25,803 nucleotides of DNA from a virus. Lineage: Duplodnaviria; Heunggongvirae; Uroviricota; Caudoviricetes. Under the pieces are notes generated by a model, which saw only the letters and a list, made by a program, of their open reading frames with translations, was not told where the DNA came from and did not search any database. The DNA lies in IMG/VR virus record IMGVR_UViG_3300045988_092979, positions 1 through 25,803 of that record. The stretch is one strand, 5' to 3'. Shown piece by piece: positions 7,557 to 16,320 of this stretch. Within the stretch, counting starts at the first letter, position 1. Each line of letters starts with the position of its first letter. A program made the position numbers and the translations under genes.

Positions 7557-8411
7557 ATGGCAAAAAAAGTCTCAAAATTCTTTCGTATCGGCGTTGAGGG
7601 TGACACCTGTGACGGGCGTGTCATCAGTGCGCAGGATATTCAGGAAATGGCCGAAACCTTTGACCCGCGAGTCTATGGTTGCCGCATTAACCTGGAACAT
7701 CTGCGCGGCATCCTGCCTGACGGCATTTTTAAACGTTATGGCGATGTGGTCGAACTGAAGGCCGAAAAGATTGATGACGATTCGGCGCTGAAAGGCAAAT
7801 GGGCGCTGTTTGCGAAAATCACCCCGACCGATGACCTTATCGCGATGAACAAGGCCGCGCAGAAGGTCTATACCTCAATGGAAATTCAGCCGAACTTTGC
7901 CAACACCGGCAAATGTTATCTGGTGGGGCTGGCCGTCACCGATGACCCGGCAAGCCTCGGCACGGAATACCTGGAATTCTGCCGCACGGCAAAACACAAC
8001 CCCCTGAACCGCTTCAAATTAAGCCCTGAAAACCTGATTTCAGTGGCAACGCCTGTTGAGCTGGAATTTGAAGACCTGCCTGAAACCGTGTTCACCGCCC
8101 TGACCGAAAAGGTGAAATCCATTTTTGGCCGCAAACAGGCCAGCGATGACGCCCGTCTGAATGACGTGCATGAAGCGGTGACCGCTGTTGCTGAACATGT
8201 GCAGGAAAAACTGAGTGCCACTGAGCAGCGCCTCGCTGAGATGGAAACCGCCTTTTCCGCACTTAAGCAGGATGTAGCTGACAGGGCGGATGAAACCAGC
8301 CAGGCATTCACCCGACTGAAAAACAGTCTCGACCACACCGAAAGTCTGACCCAGCAGCGCCGCAGCAAGGCCACCGGTGGTGGCGGTGACGCCCTGATGA
8401 CGAACTGCTGA
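7557..8411 (+). CDS. O: capsid scaffolding protein
   Basis: Start at ATG 7557 (MAKKVSKFFRIGVEGD...), giving 284 aa as for P2 gpO; the track ORF starts at an upstream in-frame codon. Confidence 0.9.
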   Translation: MAKKVSKFFRIGVEGDTCDGRVISAQDIQEMAETFDPRVYGCRINLEHLRGILPDGIFKRYGDVVELKAEKIDDDSALKGKWALFAKITPTDDLIAMNKAAQKVYTSMEIQPNFANTGKCYLVGLAVTDDPASLGTEYLEFCRTAKHNPLNRFKLSPENLISVATPVELEFEDLPETVFTALTEKVKSIFGRKQASDDARLNDVHEAVTAVAEHVQEKLSATEQRLAEMETAFSALKQDVADRADETSQAFTRLKNSLDHTESLTQQRRSKATGGGGDALMTNC

Positions 8412-8469
8412 CCGGCGTCAGTCAGTCCGGGAAAACCTTCACGATTAACTCTTAATTTCAGGAAAAACT

Positions 8470-9543
8470 ATGCGCCAGGAAACCCGCTTTAAATTTAATG
8501 CTTACCTGTCCCGTGTTGCCGAACTGAACGGCATCGACGCCGGTGATGTGTCGAAAAAATTCACCGTTGAACCGTCGGTCACCCAGACCCTGATGAACAC
8601 CATGCAGGAGTCCTCTGACTTTCTGACCCGCATCAACATTGTGCCGGTCAGCGAAATGAAAGGGGAAAAAATTGGCATCGGTGTCACCGGCTCCATCGCC
8701 AGCACCACCGACACCGCCGGTGGCACCGAGCGTCAGCCGAAGGACTTCTCGAAGCTGGCGTCAAACAAGTACGAATGCGACCAGATTAACTTCGATTTTT
8801 ATATCCGCTACAAAACGCTGGACCTGTGGGCGCGTTATCAGGATTTCCAGCTCCGTGTCCGTAACGCCATTATCAAACGCCAGTCCCTTGATTTAATCAT
8901 GGCCGGTTTTAACGGCGTGAAGCGTGCCGAAACCTCTGACCGCAGCAGCAATCCGATGCTGCAGGATGTGGCGGTCGGCTGGCTGCAGAAATACCGCAAT
9001 GAAGCTCCGGCGCGCGTGATGAGCAAGGTCACTGACGAGGAAGGTCACACGACCTCTGAGGTCATCCGCGTGGGTAAGGGCGGTGATTATGCCAGCCTCG
9101 ATGCACTGGTGATGGATGCGACCAACAACCTGATTGAGCCGTGGTATCAGGAAGACCCTGACCTTGTGGTGATTGTGGGACGTCAGCTACTGGCGGACAA
9201 GTATTTCCCCATCGTTAACAAGGAGCAGGACAACAGCGAAATGCTGGCCGCTGACGTCATCATCAGCCAGAAACGCATCGGTAACCTGCCGGCGGTACGC
9301 GTCCCGTACTTCCCGGCGGATGCGATGCTCATCACGAAGCTGGAAAACCTGTCCATCTACTACATGGATGACAGCCATCGCCGCGTGATTGAGGAAAACC
9401 CGAAACTCGACCGCGTGGAGAACTACGAGTCAATGAACATTGATTACGTGGTGGAAGACTACGCCGCCGGTTGTCTGGTGGAAAAAATTAAGGTCGGTGA
9501 TTTTTCCACACCGGCCAAAGTGACCGCAGAGCCGGGAGCGTAA
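8470..9543 (+). CDS. N: major capsid protein
   Basis: 357 aa, matching P2 gpN size and position after O. Confidence 0.9.
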   Translation: MRQETRFKFNAYLSRVAELNGIDAGDVSKKFTVEPSVTQTLMNTMQESSDFLTRINIVPVSEMKGEKIGIGVTGSIASTTDTAGGTERQPKDFSKLASNKYECDQINFDFYIRYKTLDLWARYQDFQLRVRNAIIKRQSLDLIMAGFNGVKRAETSDRSSNPMLQDVAVGWLQKYRNEAPARVMSKVTDEEGHTTSEVIRVGKGGDYASLDALVMDATNNLIEPWYQEDPDLVVIVGRQLLADKYFPIVNKEQDNSEMLAADVIISQKRIGNLPAVRVPYFPADAMLITKLENLSIYYMDDSHRRVIEENPKLDRVENYESMNIDYVVEDYAAGCLVEKIKVGDFSTPAKVTAEPGA

Positions 9544-9546
9544 CCG

Positions 9547-10290
9547 ATGACGAGTCCCGCACAGCGCCACATGATGCGGGTCTCGGCAGCGATGACCGCG
9601 CAGCGGGAAGCCGCCCCGCTGCGACATGCAACTGTCTATGAGCAGATGCTGGTCAAGCTGGCCGCAGACCAGCGCACACTGAAAGCGATTTATTCAAAAG
9701 AGCTTAAGGCCGCGAAAAAACGCGAACTGCTGCCGTTCTGGTTGCCGTGGGTGAACGGCGTGCTGGAGCAGGGCAAAGGTGCACAGGATGACATTCTGAT
9801 GACGGTCATGCTGTGGCGTCTGGATACCGGCGATATTGCCGGTGCGCTGGAGATTGCCCGTTATGCCCTGAAGTACGGTCTGACCATGCCGGGTAAACAC
9901 CGCCGCACCCCGCCGTACATGTTCACCGAGGAGGTGGCGCTCGCGGCCATGCGTGCTCACGCTGCCGGTGAGTCTGTGGATACCCGCCTGCTGACGGAGA
10001 CCCTTGAACTGACCGCCACGGCTGACATGCCTGATGAAGTGCGCGCAAAGCTGCACAAAATCACAGGTCTGTTTCTGCGTGATGGTGGTGATGCCGCCGG
10101 TGCGCTGGCTCACCTGCAACGTGCGACACAGCTCGACTGTCAGGCAGGTGTCAAAAAAGAGATTGAACGACTGGAGCGGGAGCTGAAACCGAAGCCGGAG
10201 CCGCAGCCCAAAGCGGCCACCCGTACCCCGCGTAAGAGCCGGAGCGTGACACCGGCAAAACGTGGACGCCCGAAAAAGAAAGCCAGTTAA
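9547..10290 (+). CDS. M: terminase small (endonuclease) subunit
   Basis: 247 aa as for P2 gpM; basic lysine/arginine-rich C-terminal tail. Confidence 0.85.
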   Translation: MTSPAQRHMMRVSAAMTAQREAAPLRHATVYEQMLVKLAADQRTLKAIYSKELKAAKKRELLPFWLPWVNGVLEQGKGAQDDILMTVMLWRLDTGDIAGALEIARYALKYGLTMPGKHRRTPPYMFTEEVALAAMRAHAAGESVDTRLLTETLELTATADMPDEVRAKLHKITGLFLRDGGDAAGALAHLQRATQLDCQAGVKKEIERLERELKPKPEPQPKAATRTPRKSRSVTPAKRGRPKKKAS

Positions 10291-10389
10291 CAACCGAATG
10301 CGCCCCGCGCCAGGGCGGCACGCCGGTCAGTGAGGGTGAATCACCTGACGCTGTACCGGCGTCCACCGCCCGACTTTTCAGAGGTAGTC

Positions 10390-10899
10390 ATGATGACGCT
10401 GATTATTCCGCGAAAGGAGGCTCCCGTGTCCGGTGAGGGTACGGTGGTCATCCCGCAACCGGCAGGCGACGAGCCGGTGATTAAAAACACGTTCTTTTTT
10501 CCCGATATCGACCCGAAGCGCGTCCGGGAACGTATGCGCCTTGAGCAGACCGTCGCCCCCGCCCGTCTGCGTGAGGCCATCAAGTCAGGCATGGCGGAGA
10601 CGAATGCGGAGCTGTACGAGTACCGCGAACAGAAAATTGCCGCCGGTTTTACGCGTCTGGCGGACGTCCCGGCGGACGACATCGACGGTGAAAGCATCAG
10701 AGTTTTTTACTACGAGCGCGCCGTGTGCGCGATGGCGACCGCGTCGCTTTATGAGCGTTATCGCGGCGTGGATGCCAGTGCGAAAGGCGACAAGAAGGCT
10801 GACAGCATTGACAGCACCATTGATGAACTGTGGCGGGATATGCGCTGGGCGGTGGCGCGTATCCAGGACAAGCCGCGCTGCATCGTGAGTCAAATCTGA
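10390..10899 (+). CDS. L: head completion/stabilisation protein
   Basis: Start at ATG 10390/10393 (MMTLIIPRKEAP...) with GAGGTAG RBS, giving about 169 aa as for P2 gpL. Stop overlaps the X start (ATGA). Confidence 0.85.
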   Translation: MMTLIIPRKEAPVSGEGTVVIPQPAGDEPVIKNTFFFPDIDPKRVRERMRLEQTVAPARLREAIKSGMAETNAELYEYREQKIAAGFTRLADVPADDIDGESIRVFYYERAVCAMATASLYERYRGVDASAKGDKKADSIDSTIDELWRDMRWAVARIQDKPRCIVSQI

Positions 10900-11102
10900 T
10901 GAAGACCTTTGCGCTACAGGGCGACACGCTCGACGCCATTTGTGTCCGGTATTACGGGCGCACTGAGGGCGTGGTTGAGACCGTGCTCGCCGCAAATCCG
11001 GGACTGGCTGAACTGGGTGCGGTGCTGCCACACGGCACCGCCGTCGAACTGCCCGACGTTCAGACCGCGCCCGTGGCTGAAACTGTCAATCTGTGGGAGT
11101 AA
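10899..11102 (+). CDS. X: tail protein X
   Basis: 67 aa starting MKTFALQGDTLDAICVRYYG; the track ORF begins at an upstream in-frame codon inside L. Position between L and the holin as in P2. Confidence 0.85.
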   Translation: MKTFALQGDTLDAICVRYYGRTEGVVETVLAANPGLAELGAVLPHGTAVELPDVQTAPVAETVNLWE

Positions 11103-11105
11103 CGC

Positions 11106-11387
11106 ATGACAGCAGAAGAAAAAAGCGTCCTGTCGCTTTTCATGATTGGGGTGCTGATTGTTGTCGGCAAGGTGCTTGCCGGTGGTGAACCCATCACCCC
11201 GCGTCTGTTTATCGGGCGCATGTTGCTCGGTGGTTTTGTTTCGATGGTTGCCGGTGTTGTTCTGGTGCAGTTTCCTGACCTGTCACTGCCTGCGGTGTGC
11301 GGCATCGGCTCCATGCTGGGTATCGCCGGTTATCAGGTGATTGAGATTGCCATTCAGCGCCGCTTTAAGGGCAGGGGGAAACCGTAA
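11106..11387 (+). CDS. Y: holin
   Basis: 93 aa with hydrophobic transmembrane segments and a charged C-terminus (RRFKGRGKP); first gene of the lysis cassette. Confidence 0.85.
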   Translation: MTAEEKSVLSLFMIGVLIVVGKVLAGGEPITPRLFIGRMLLGGFVSMVAGVVLVQFPDLSLPAVCGIGSMLGIAGYQVIEIAIQRRFKGRGKP

Positions 11388-11884
11388 TGCCGGTAATTAA
11401 CACGCATCAGAATATCGCCGCCTTTCTCGACATGCTGGCGGTGTCCGAAGGGACGGCGAATCACCCGCTGACGAAAAACCGGGGCTATGACGTGATAGTC
11501 ACCGGACTGGACGGAAAGCCGGAAATATTCACCGACTACAGTGACCACCCGTTCGCGCATGGCCGACCGGCGAAGGTGTTTAACCGTCGCGGTGAAAAAT
11601 CCACGGCTTCCGGTCGCTATCAGCAGCTTTACCTGTTCTGGCCGCACTACCGCAAACAGCTTGCCCTGCCGGATTTCAGTCCGTTGTCACAGGACAGACT
11701 TGCCATTCAGTTGATCCGCGAACGCGGTGCACTGGATGACATCCGGGCGGGACGCATTGAGCGCGCCATTTCACGCTGTCGCAATATCTGGGCGTCCCTG
11801 CCAGGAGCCGGTTACGGTCAGCGTGAGCATTCACTGGAAAAACTGGTCACCGTCTGGCGTACCGCTGGCGGCGTACCGGCTTAA
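11387..11884 (+). CDS. K: endolysin (lysozyme)
   Basis: 165 aa, the size and position of P2 gpK. Confidence 0.85.
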   Translation: MPVINTHQNIAAFLDMLAVSEGTANHPLTKNRGYDVIVTGLDGKPEIFTDYSDHPFAHGRPAKVFNRRGEKSTASGRYQQLYLFWPHYRKQLALPDFSPLSQDRLAIQLIRERGALDDIRAGRIERAISRCRNIWASLPGAGYGQREHSLEKLVTVWRTAGGVPA

Positions 11885-11898
11885 ATGGAGTAAACACC

Positions 11899-12324
11899 AT
11901 GAAGAAATTATCCCTTTCACTGATGCTGAACGTGTCGCTGGCGCTGATGCTGGCACTGTCCCTGATTTACCCGCAGAGCGTGGCCGTCAATTTTGTCGCC
12001 GCCTGGGCGATTCTGGCGACAGTTATCTGTGTGGTTGCCGGTGGTGTCGGCGTGTATGCCACTGAGTATGTACTTGAACGCTACGGGCGGGAGCTTCCGC
12101 CGGAATCGCTGGCCGTGAAGATTGTCACGTCGCTGTATTTGCAGCCGGTGCCGTGGTGCAGACGGGCGATGGGTCTGGTGGTGATGGTGGCGACGTTTAT
12201 CTCGCTGGTCGCTGCCGGGTGGATTTTTACCGCGCTGATTTATCTCGTGGCGGCGCTGTTATTCCGGCTGATACGTACGGCCTGTCGTCAGCGTTTTGAG
12301 GGGCGGGAACCATGTCAAAGCTGA
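11899..12324 (+). CDS. lysA: lysis-timing membrane protein LysA
   Basis: 141 aa with multiple hydrophobic helices; follows K as in P2. Confidence 0.8.
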   Translation: MKKLSLSLMLNVSLALMLALSLIYPQSVAVNFVAAWAILATVICVVAGGVGVYATEYVLERYGRELPPESLAVKIVTSLYLQPVPWCRRAMGLVVMVATFISLVAAGWIFTALIYLVAALLFRLIRTACRQRFEGREPCQS

Positions 12325-12737
12325 TGATTGTGCTGGTCGTGTTGTTATCGCTGGCGGTGGCGGGACTGTTTCTGGTGAAGCATGAAAACGCCAGCCTGCG
12401 CGTCTCGCTGGACAGGGCAAACAATGTCGCCAGCGGGCAGCAGACGACCATCACCATGCTGAAAAACCAGCTTCATGTTGCCCTTACCAGGGCAGACAAA
12501 AACGAGCTGGCGCAGGTGGAACTGCGTCAGGAGCTGGAGAACGCCGCGAAGCGTGAAGCACAGCGCGAGAAAACCATCACGAGGTTACTGAATGAAAACG
12601 AAGATTTTCGCCGCTGGTACGGCGCTGACCTGCCTGATGCTGTGCGCCGGTTGCACCAGCGCCCGGCCTGCACTGACGCCAGTGATTGTCCACAACGCCT
12701 GCCCGAAAGTGAGCCTTTGCCCGATGCCGGGCAGTGA
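12312..12737 (+). CDS. lysB: inner-membrane spanin (Rz-like) LysB
   Basis: 141 aa; N-terminal transmembrane segment followed by a charged coiled-coil-like region. Confidence 0.8.
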   Translation: MSKLMIVLVVLLSLAVAGLFLVKHENASLRVSLDRANNVASGQQTTITMLKNQLHVALTRADKNELAQVELRQELENAAKREAQREKTITRLLNENEDFRRWYGADLPDAVRRLHQRPACTDASDCPQRLPESEPLPDAGQ

Positions 12738-12882
12738 CCCGGAGACGAACGGTGATTTAAGTGCCGATATCCGGCAGCTTGAGAACGCGCTGGCACGCTG
12801 TGCCAGCCAGGTAAAAATGATTAAACACTGTCAGGACGAAAACGATGCTCAAACCCGACAGCCTGCGCAGGGCGCTGACTGA
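12592..12882 (+). CDS. lysC: outer-membrane lipoprotein spanin (Rz1-like) LysC
   Basis: 96 aa; signal peptide with lipobox LCAGC (MKTKIFAAGTALTCLMLCAGC). Starts inside lysB in another frame and runs into the start of R. Confidence 0.8.
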   Translation: MKTKIFAAGTALTCLMLCAGCTSARPALTPVIVHNACPKVSLCPMPGSDPETNGDLSADIRQLENALARCASQVKMIKHCQDENDAQTRQPAQGAD

Positions 12883-13312
12883 TGCCGTCACGGTGCTGAA
12901 AACCAGTCCCGAGATGCTGCGGATATTCGTGGATAACGGGAGTATTGCCTCCACACTGGCGACGTCGCTGTCATTTGAAAAGCGTTACACGCTCAATGTC
13001 ATTGTGACCGACTTTACCGGTGATTTTGACCTGCTCATCGTGCCGGTGCTGGCGTGGCTGCGGGAAAATCAGCCCGACATCATGACCACCGACGCAGGTC
13101 AGAAAAAGGGCTTCACGTTTTATGCAGACATCAACAATGACAGCAGCTTTGATATCAGCATCAGCCTGATGCTGACCGAGCGAACGCTGGTCAGTGAGGT
13201 GGACGGCGCACTGCATGTGAAGAATATCCCGGAACCTCCGCCGCCGGAGCCGGTCACCCGCCCGGTGGAGCTTTATATCAATGGCGAACTGGTGAGCAAG
13301 TGGGATGAATGA
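12845..13312 (+). CDS. R: tail completion protein R
   Basis: 155 aa, position and size as P2 gpR. Confidence 0.8.
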   Translation: MLKPDSLRRALTDAVTVLKTSPEMLRIFVDNGSIASTLATSLSFEKRYTLNVIVTDFTGDFDLLIVPVLAWLRENQPDIMTTDAGQKKGFTFYADINNDSSFDISISLMLTERTLVSEVDGALHVKNIPEPPPPEPVTRPVELYINGELVSKWDE

Positions 13313-13757
13313 GTTTAAGCGTTTTGAAGACCGGCTGACCGGACTTATTGAATCGCTGTCACCGTCAGGGCGTCGGCGACTGAGCGCCGAACTGGCGAAA
13401 CGTCTGCGGCAGAGTCAGCAGCGCCGGGTGATGGCACAGAAAGCCCCGGACGGCACACCCTACGCACCACGCCAGCAGCAGAGCGCCAGAAAAAAGACCG
13501 GTCGCGTTAAGCGAAAAATGTTTGCGAAACTTATCACCAGTCGTTTTTTGCATATCCGCGCCAGCCCTGAACAGGCATCAATGGAGTTTTACGGCGGGAA
13601 GTCACCGAAAATAGCCAGTGTGCATCAGTTCGGTCTGTCGGAAGAAACCCGGAAAGACGGTAAGAAAATTGATTATCCGGCGCGTCCTCTGCTCGGCTTT
13701 ACCGGTGAGGATGTGCAGATGATTGAAGAGATTATCCTGGCTCACCTCGACCGTTAG
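13305..13757 (+). CDS. S: tail completion protein S
   Basis: 150 aa, position and size as P2 gpS; start overlaps the end of R. Confidence 0.8.
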   Translation: MNEFKRFEDRLTGLIESLSPSGRRRLSAELAKRLRQSQQRRVMAQKAPDGTPYAPRQQQSARKKTGRVKRKMFAKLITSRFLHIRASPEQASMEFYGGKSPKIASVHQFGLSEETRKDGKKIDYPARPLLGFTGEDVQMIEEIILAHLDR

Positions 13758-13823
13758 TTGTGCCATTCCCGACACCTCATCGTTACATTGCCGCCGGTAT
13801 GACCCGGCGGCATCCTTCCCGTT
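13758..13823 (+). promoter_or_regulatory. late promoter region upstream of the V-W-J-I-H-G operon, containing a GC hairpin
   Basis: 66-bp gap at the position of the P2 PV late promoter; 8-bp perfect inverted repeat GCCGCCGG / CCGGCGGC at 13790-13811. Confidence 0.45.
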
Positions 13824-14459
13824 ATGAACACTCTCGCAAATATCCAGGAACTCGCGCGCGCACTGCGCAACATGATCCGCACCGGCCTTGTCGTCGAAAC
13901 CAACCTTAAAGCCGGTCGCTGCCGTGTGCAGACCGGCGGCATGTGCACCGACTGGCTTCAGTGGCTGACCTGTCGTGCCGGGCGTTCGCGCACATGGTGG
14001 GCACCTTCCGTGGGGGAGCAGGTGCTGATTCTGGCCGTGGGCGGTGAACTTGACACGGCGTTTGTTCTGCCGGGGATTTATTCCGGCGATAACCCCGCGC
14101 CGTCTGCGTCGGCGGATGCCCTGCATATCCGTTTCCCTGACGGGGCGGTGATTGAGTATGAACCCGAAACCAGTGCACTCACGGTAAGCGGAATTAAAAC
14201 GGCCAGCGTGACGGCTTCTGATTCTGTTACCGCCACGGTGCCGGTGGTCATGGTGAAAGCATCAACCCGCGTCACCCTGGACACACCGGAGGTGGTCTGC
14301 ACCAACAGGCTGATTACCGGCACGCTGGAAGTACAGAAGGGCGGGACGATGCGCGGCAACATTGAACACACCGGCGGTGAACTCTCATCAAACGGTAAGG
14401 TACTGCATACCCATAAACACCCCGGCGACAGCGGCGGCACAACCGGGAGCCCTCTATGA
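13824..14459 (+). CDS. V: baseplate spike/assembly protein V
   Basis: 211 aa as P2 gpV. Confidence 0.85.
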   Translation: MNTLANIQELARALRNMIRTGLVVETNLKAGRCRVQTGGMCTDWLQWLTCRAGRSRTWWAPSVGEQVLILAVGGELDTAFVLPGIYSGDNPAPSASADALHIRFPDGAVIEYEPETSALTVSGIKTASVTASDSVTATVPVVMVKASTRVTLDTPEVVCTNRLITGTLEVQKGGTMRGNIEHTGGELSSNGKVLHTHKHPGDSGGTTGSPL

Positions 14460-14803
14460 CAGCGCGTTATCTCGGAATGAATCGCAGTGATGGCCTGACT
14501 GTCACTGACCTTGAGCATATCAGCCAGAGTATCGGCGATATCCTGCGCACACCGGTCGGCTCACGGGTGATGCGTCGTGATTACGGCTCGTTGCTGGCGT
14601 CAATGATTGACCAGCCGCAGACCCCGGCGCTTGAGTTGCAGATTAAGGTCGCCTGTTACATGGCGGTGCTGAAATGGGAACCCCGCGTCACCCTGTCATC
14701 CGTCACCACTGAGCGCAGTTTTGACGGGCGAATGACGGTCACGTTAACCGGCCAGCACAACGAGACCGGCCAGCCACTTTCGTTAACCATCCCTGTGAGT
14801 TGA
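14456..14803 (+). CDS. W: baseplate protein W
   Basis: 115 aa; ATGA overlap with the V stop. Confidence 0.85.
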   Translation: MTARYLGMNRSDGLTVTDLEHISQSIGDILRTPVGSRVMRRDYGSLLASMIDQPQTPALELQIKVACYMAVLKWEPRVTLSSVTTERSFDGRMTVTLTGQHNETGQPLSLTIPVS

Positions 14804-14807
14804 AACC

Positions 14808-15716
14808 ATGCAGATTATCGACCTGAACCAGCTACCCGCACCGGATGTGGTCGAGGAGCTGGACTTTGAAACCATTCTTGCCGAACGCAAGGCGACACTG
14901 ATTTCCCTTTACCCGGAAGACCAGCAGGAGGCGGTCGCCCGTACCCTGACGCTGGAATCTGAGCCTCTTGTCAAACTGCTGGAGGAAAATGCTTATCGTG
15001 AGCTTATCTGGCGTCAGCGTGTGAATGAGGCCGCACGGGCGGTGATGCTGGCCTGTGCTGCCGGTAATGACCTTGATGTAATTGGTGCCAATTACAACAC
15101 CACGCGCCTGATTATCACCCCGGCAGATGATTCGACCATTCCGCCGACACCGGCAGTGATGGAATCTGACACAGATTATCGTCTGCGTATTCAGCAGGCT
15201 TTTGAGGGCTTAAGCGTCGCCGGGTCGGTGGGAGCCTATCAGTATCATGGTCGCAGTGCCGACGGGCGTGTCGCGGATATCTCTGTCACCAGTCCGTCTC
15301 CGGCCTGCGTCACCATCTCCGTGCTGTCACGTGAAAATAACGGCGTCGCATCCGAAGACCTGCTGGCCGTGGTGCGTAACGCCCTTAATGGTGAGGACGT
15401 CAGGCCGGTGGCCGACCGCGTGACCGTGCAGTCTGCCGCCATTGTTGAATACCAGATAAACGCCACGCTTTACCTTTACCCTGGTCCCGAAAGCGAACCC
15501 ATTCGCGCTGCCGCCGTGAAAAAACTGGAAACGTATATCACGGCACAGCACCGGCTGGGGCGCGACATCCGTCTGTCTGCCATTTATGCCGCTTTGCATG
15601 TGGAAGGTGTGCAGCGTGTCGAACTGGCTGCACCACTGGCCGACATCGTGCTCAACAATACGCAGGCGTCTTTCTGTACCGAATACCGCGTTGTGACCGG
15701 AGGCTCGGATGAGTGA
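14808..15716 (+). CDS. J: baseplate protein J
   Basis: 302 aa as P2 gpJ. Confidence 0.85.
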   Translation: MQIIDLNQLPAPDVVEELDFETILAERKATLISLYPEDQQEAVARTLTLESEPLVKLLEENAYRELIWRQRVNEAARAVMLACAAGNDLDVIGANYNTTRLIITPADDSTIPPTPAVMESDTDYRLRIQQAFEGLSVAGSVGAYQYHGRSADGRVADISVTSPSPACVTISVLSRENNGVASEDLLAVVRNALNGEDVRPVADRVTVQSAAIVEYQINATLYLYPGPESEPIRAAAVKKLETYITAQHRLGRDIRLSAIYAALHVEGVQRVELAAPLADIVLNNTQASFCTEYRVVTGGSDE

Positions 15717-16320
15717 TTCGCGACTGCTGCCGACCGGCTCATCACCGCTTGAAGTCGCCGCCGCAAGAGCCTGTGCGGAAATTGAAAAAACGCCGGTCAG
15801 TATTCGTGAGCTGTGGAACCCGGATACCTGTCCGGCAAATCTGCTGCCGTGGCTGGCGTGGTCATTTTCGGTTGACCGCTGGGATGATAAGTGGCCGGAA
15901 GCGACAAAACGCGCTGTTATCCGCGATGCGTATTTCATTCACTGCCATAAGGGCACTATTGGTGCGATTCGCCGTGTGGTGGAGCCGCTCGGCTATCTGA
16001 TTGAGGTGAGGGAGTGGTGGCAGCTCAACGAGGAGCCGGGGACGTTCCGCATCGTTGTTGGCGTGCTTGAGCAGGGTATTACCGAGGAAATGTATCAGGA
16101 GCTGGAGCGTCTCGTTGCTGATGCAAAACCTGCAAGCCGCCATCTGACGGGACTGGCTATCAGTTTAAGTACAACCGGCAACATTTTTGCCGGTGCAGGA
16201 TGCTATCACGGCGACGCCCTGACGGTTTATCCCTACACCCCGGAGGCCATTATTGTCGGAGGGGATTATTTCCCGGCCTCGGCCATTCATTTAATTGATA
16301 ACCTGAGAGTAAACGCATGA
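15709..16320 (+). CDS. I: baseplate/tail protein I
   Basis: Follows J with an 8-nt overlap. 203 aa from this ATG (P2 gpI is smaller by recall, so the true start may be downstream). Confidence 0.75.
   Translation: MSDSRLLPTGSSPLEVAAARACAEIEKTPVSIRELWNPDTCPANLLPWLAWSFSVDRWDDKWPEATKRAVIRDAYFIHCHKGTIGAIRRVVEPLGYLIEVREWWQLNEEPGTFRIVVGVLEQGITEEMYQELERLVADAKPASRHLTGLAISLSTTGNIFAGAGCYHGDALTVYPYTPEAIIVGGDYFPASAIHLIDNLRVNA

Noticed and set aside
9694-11031. Minus-strand ORFs overlapping M, L and X
   Set aside because: Antisense shadows of well-supported plus-strand structural genes; Arg/Gly-rich translations typical of GC-rich antisense frames.
13759-13774. Canonical P2 late-promoter dyad in the S-V gap
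   Set aside because: Only a TGT-N10-ACA arrangement was found rather than the N12 spacing I recall, so no specific promoter element is claimed.
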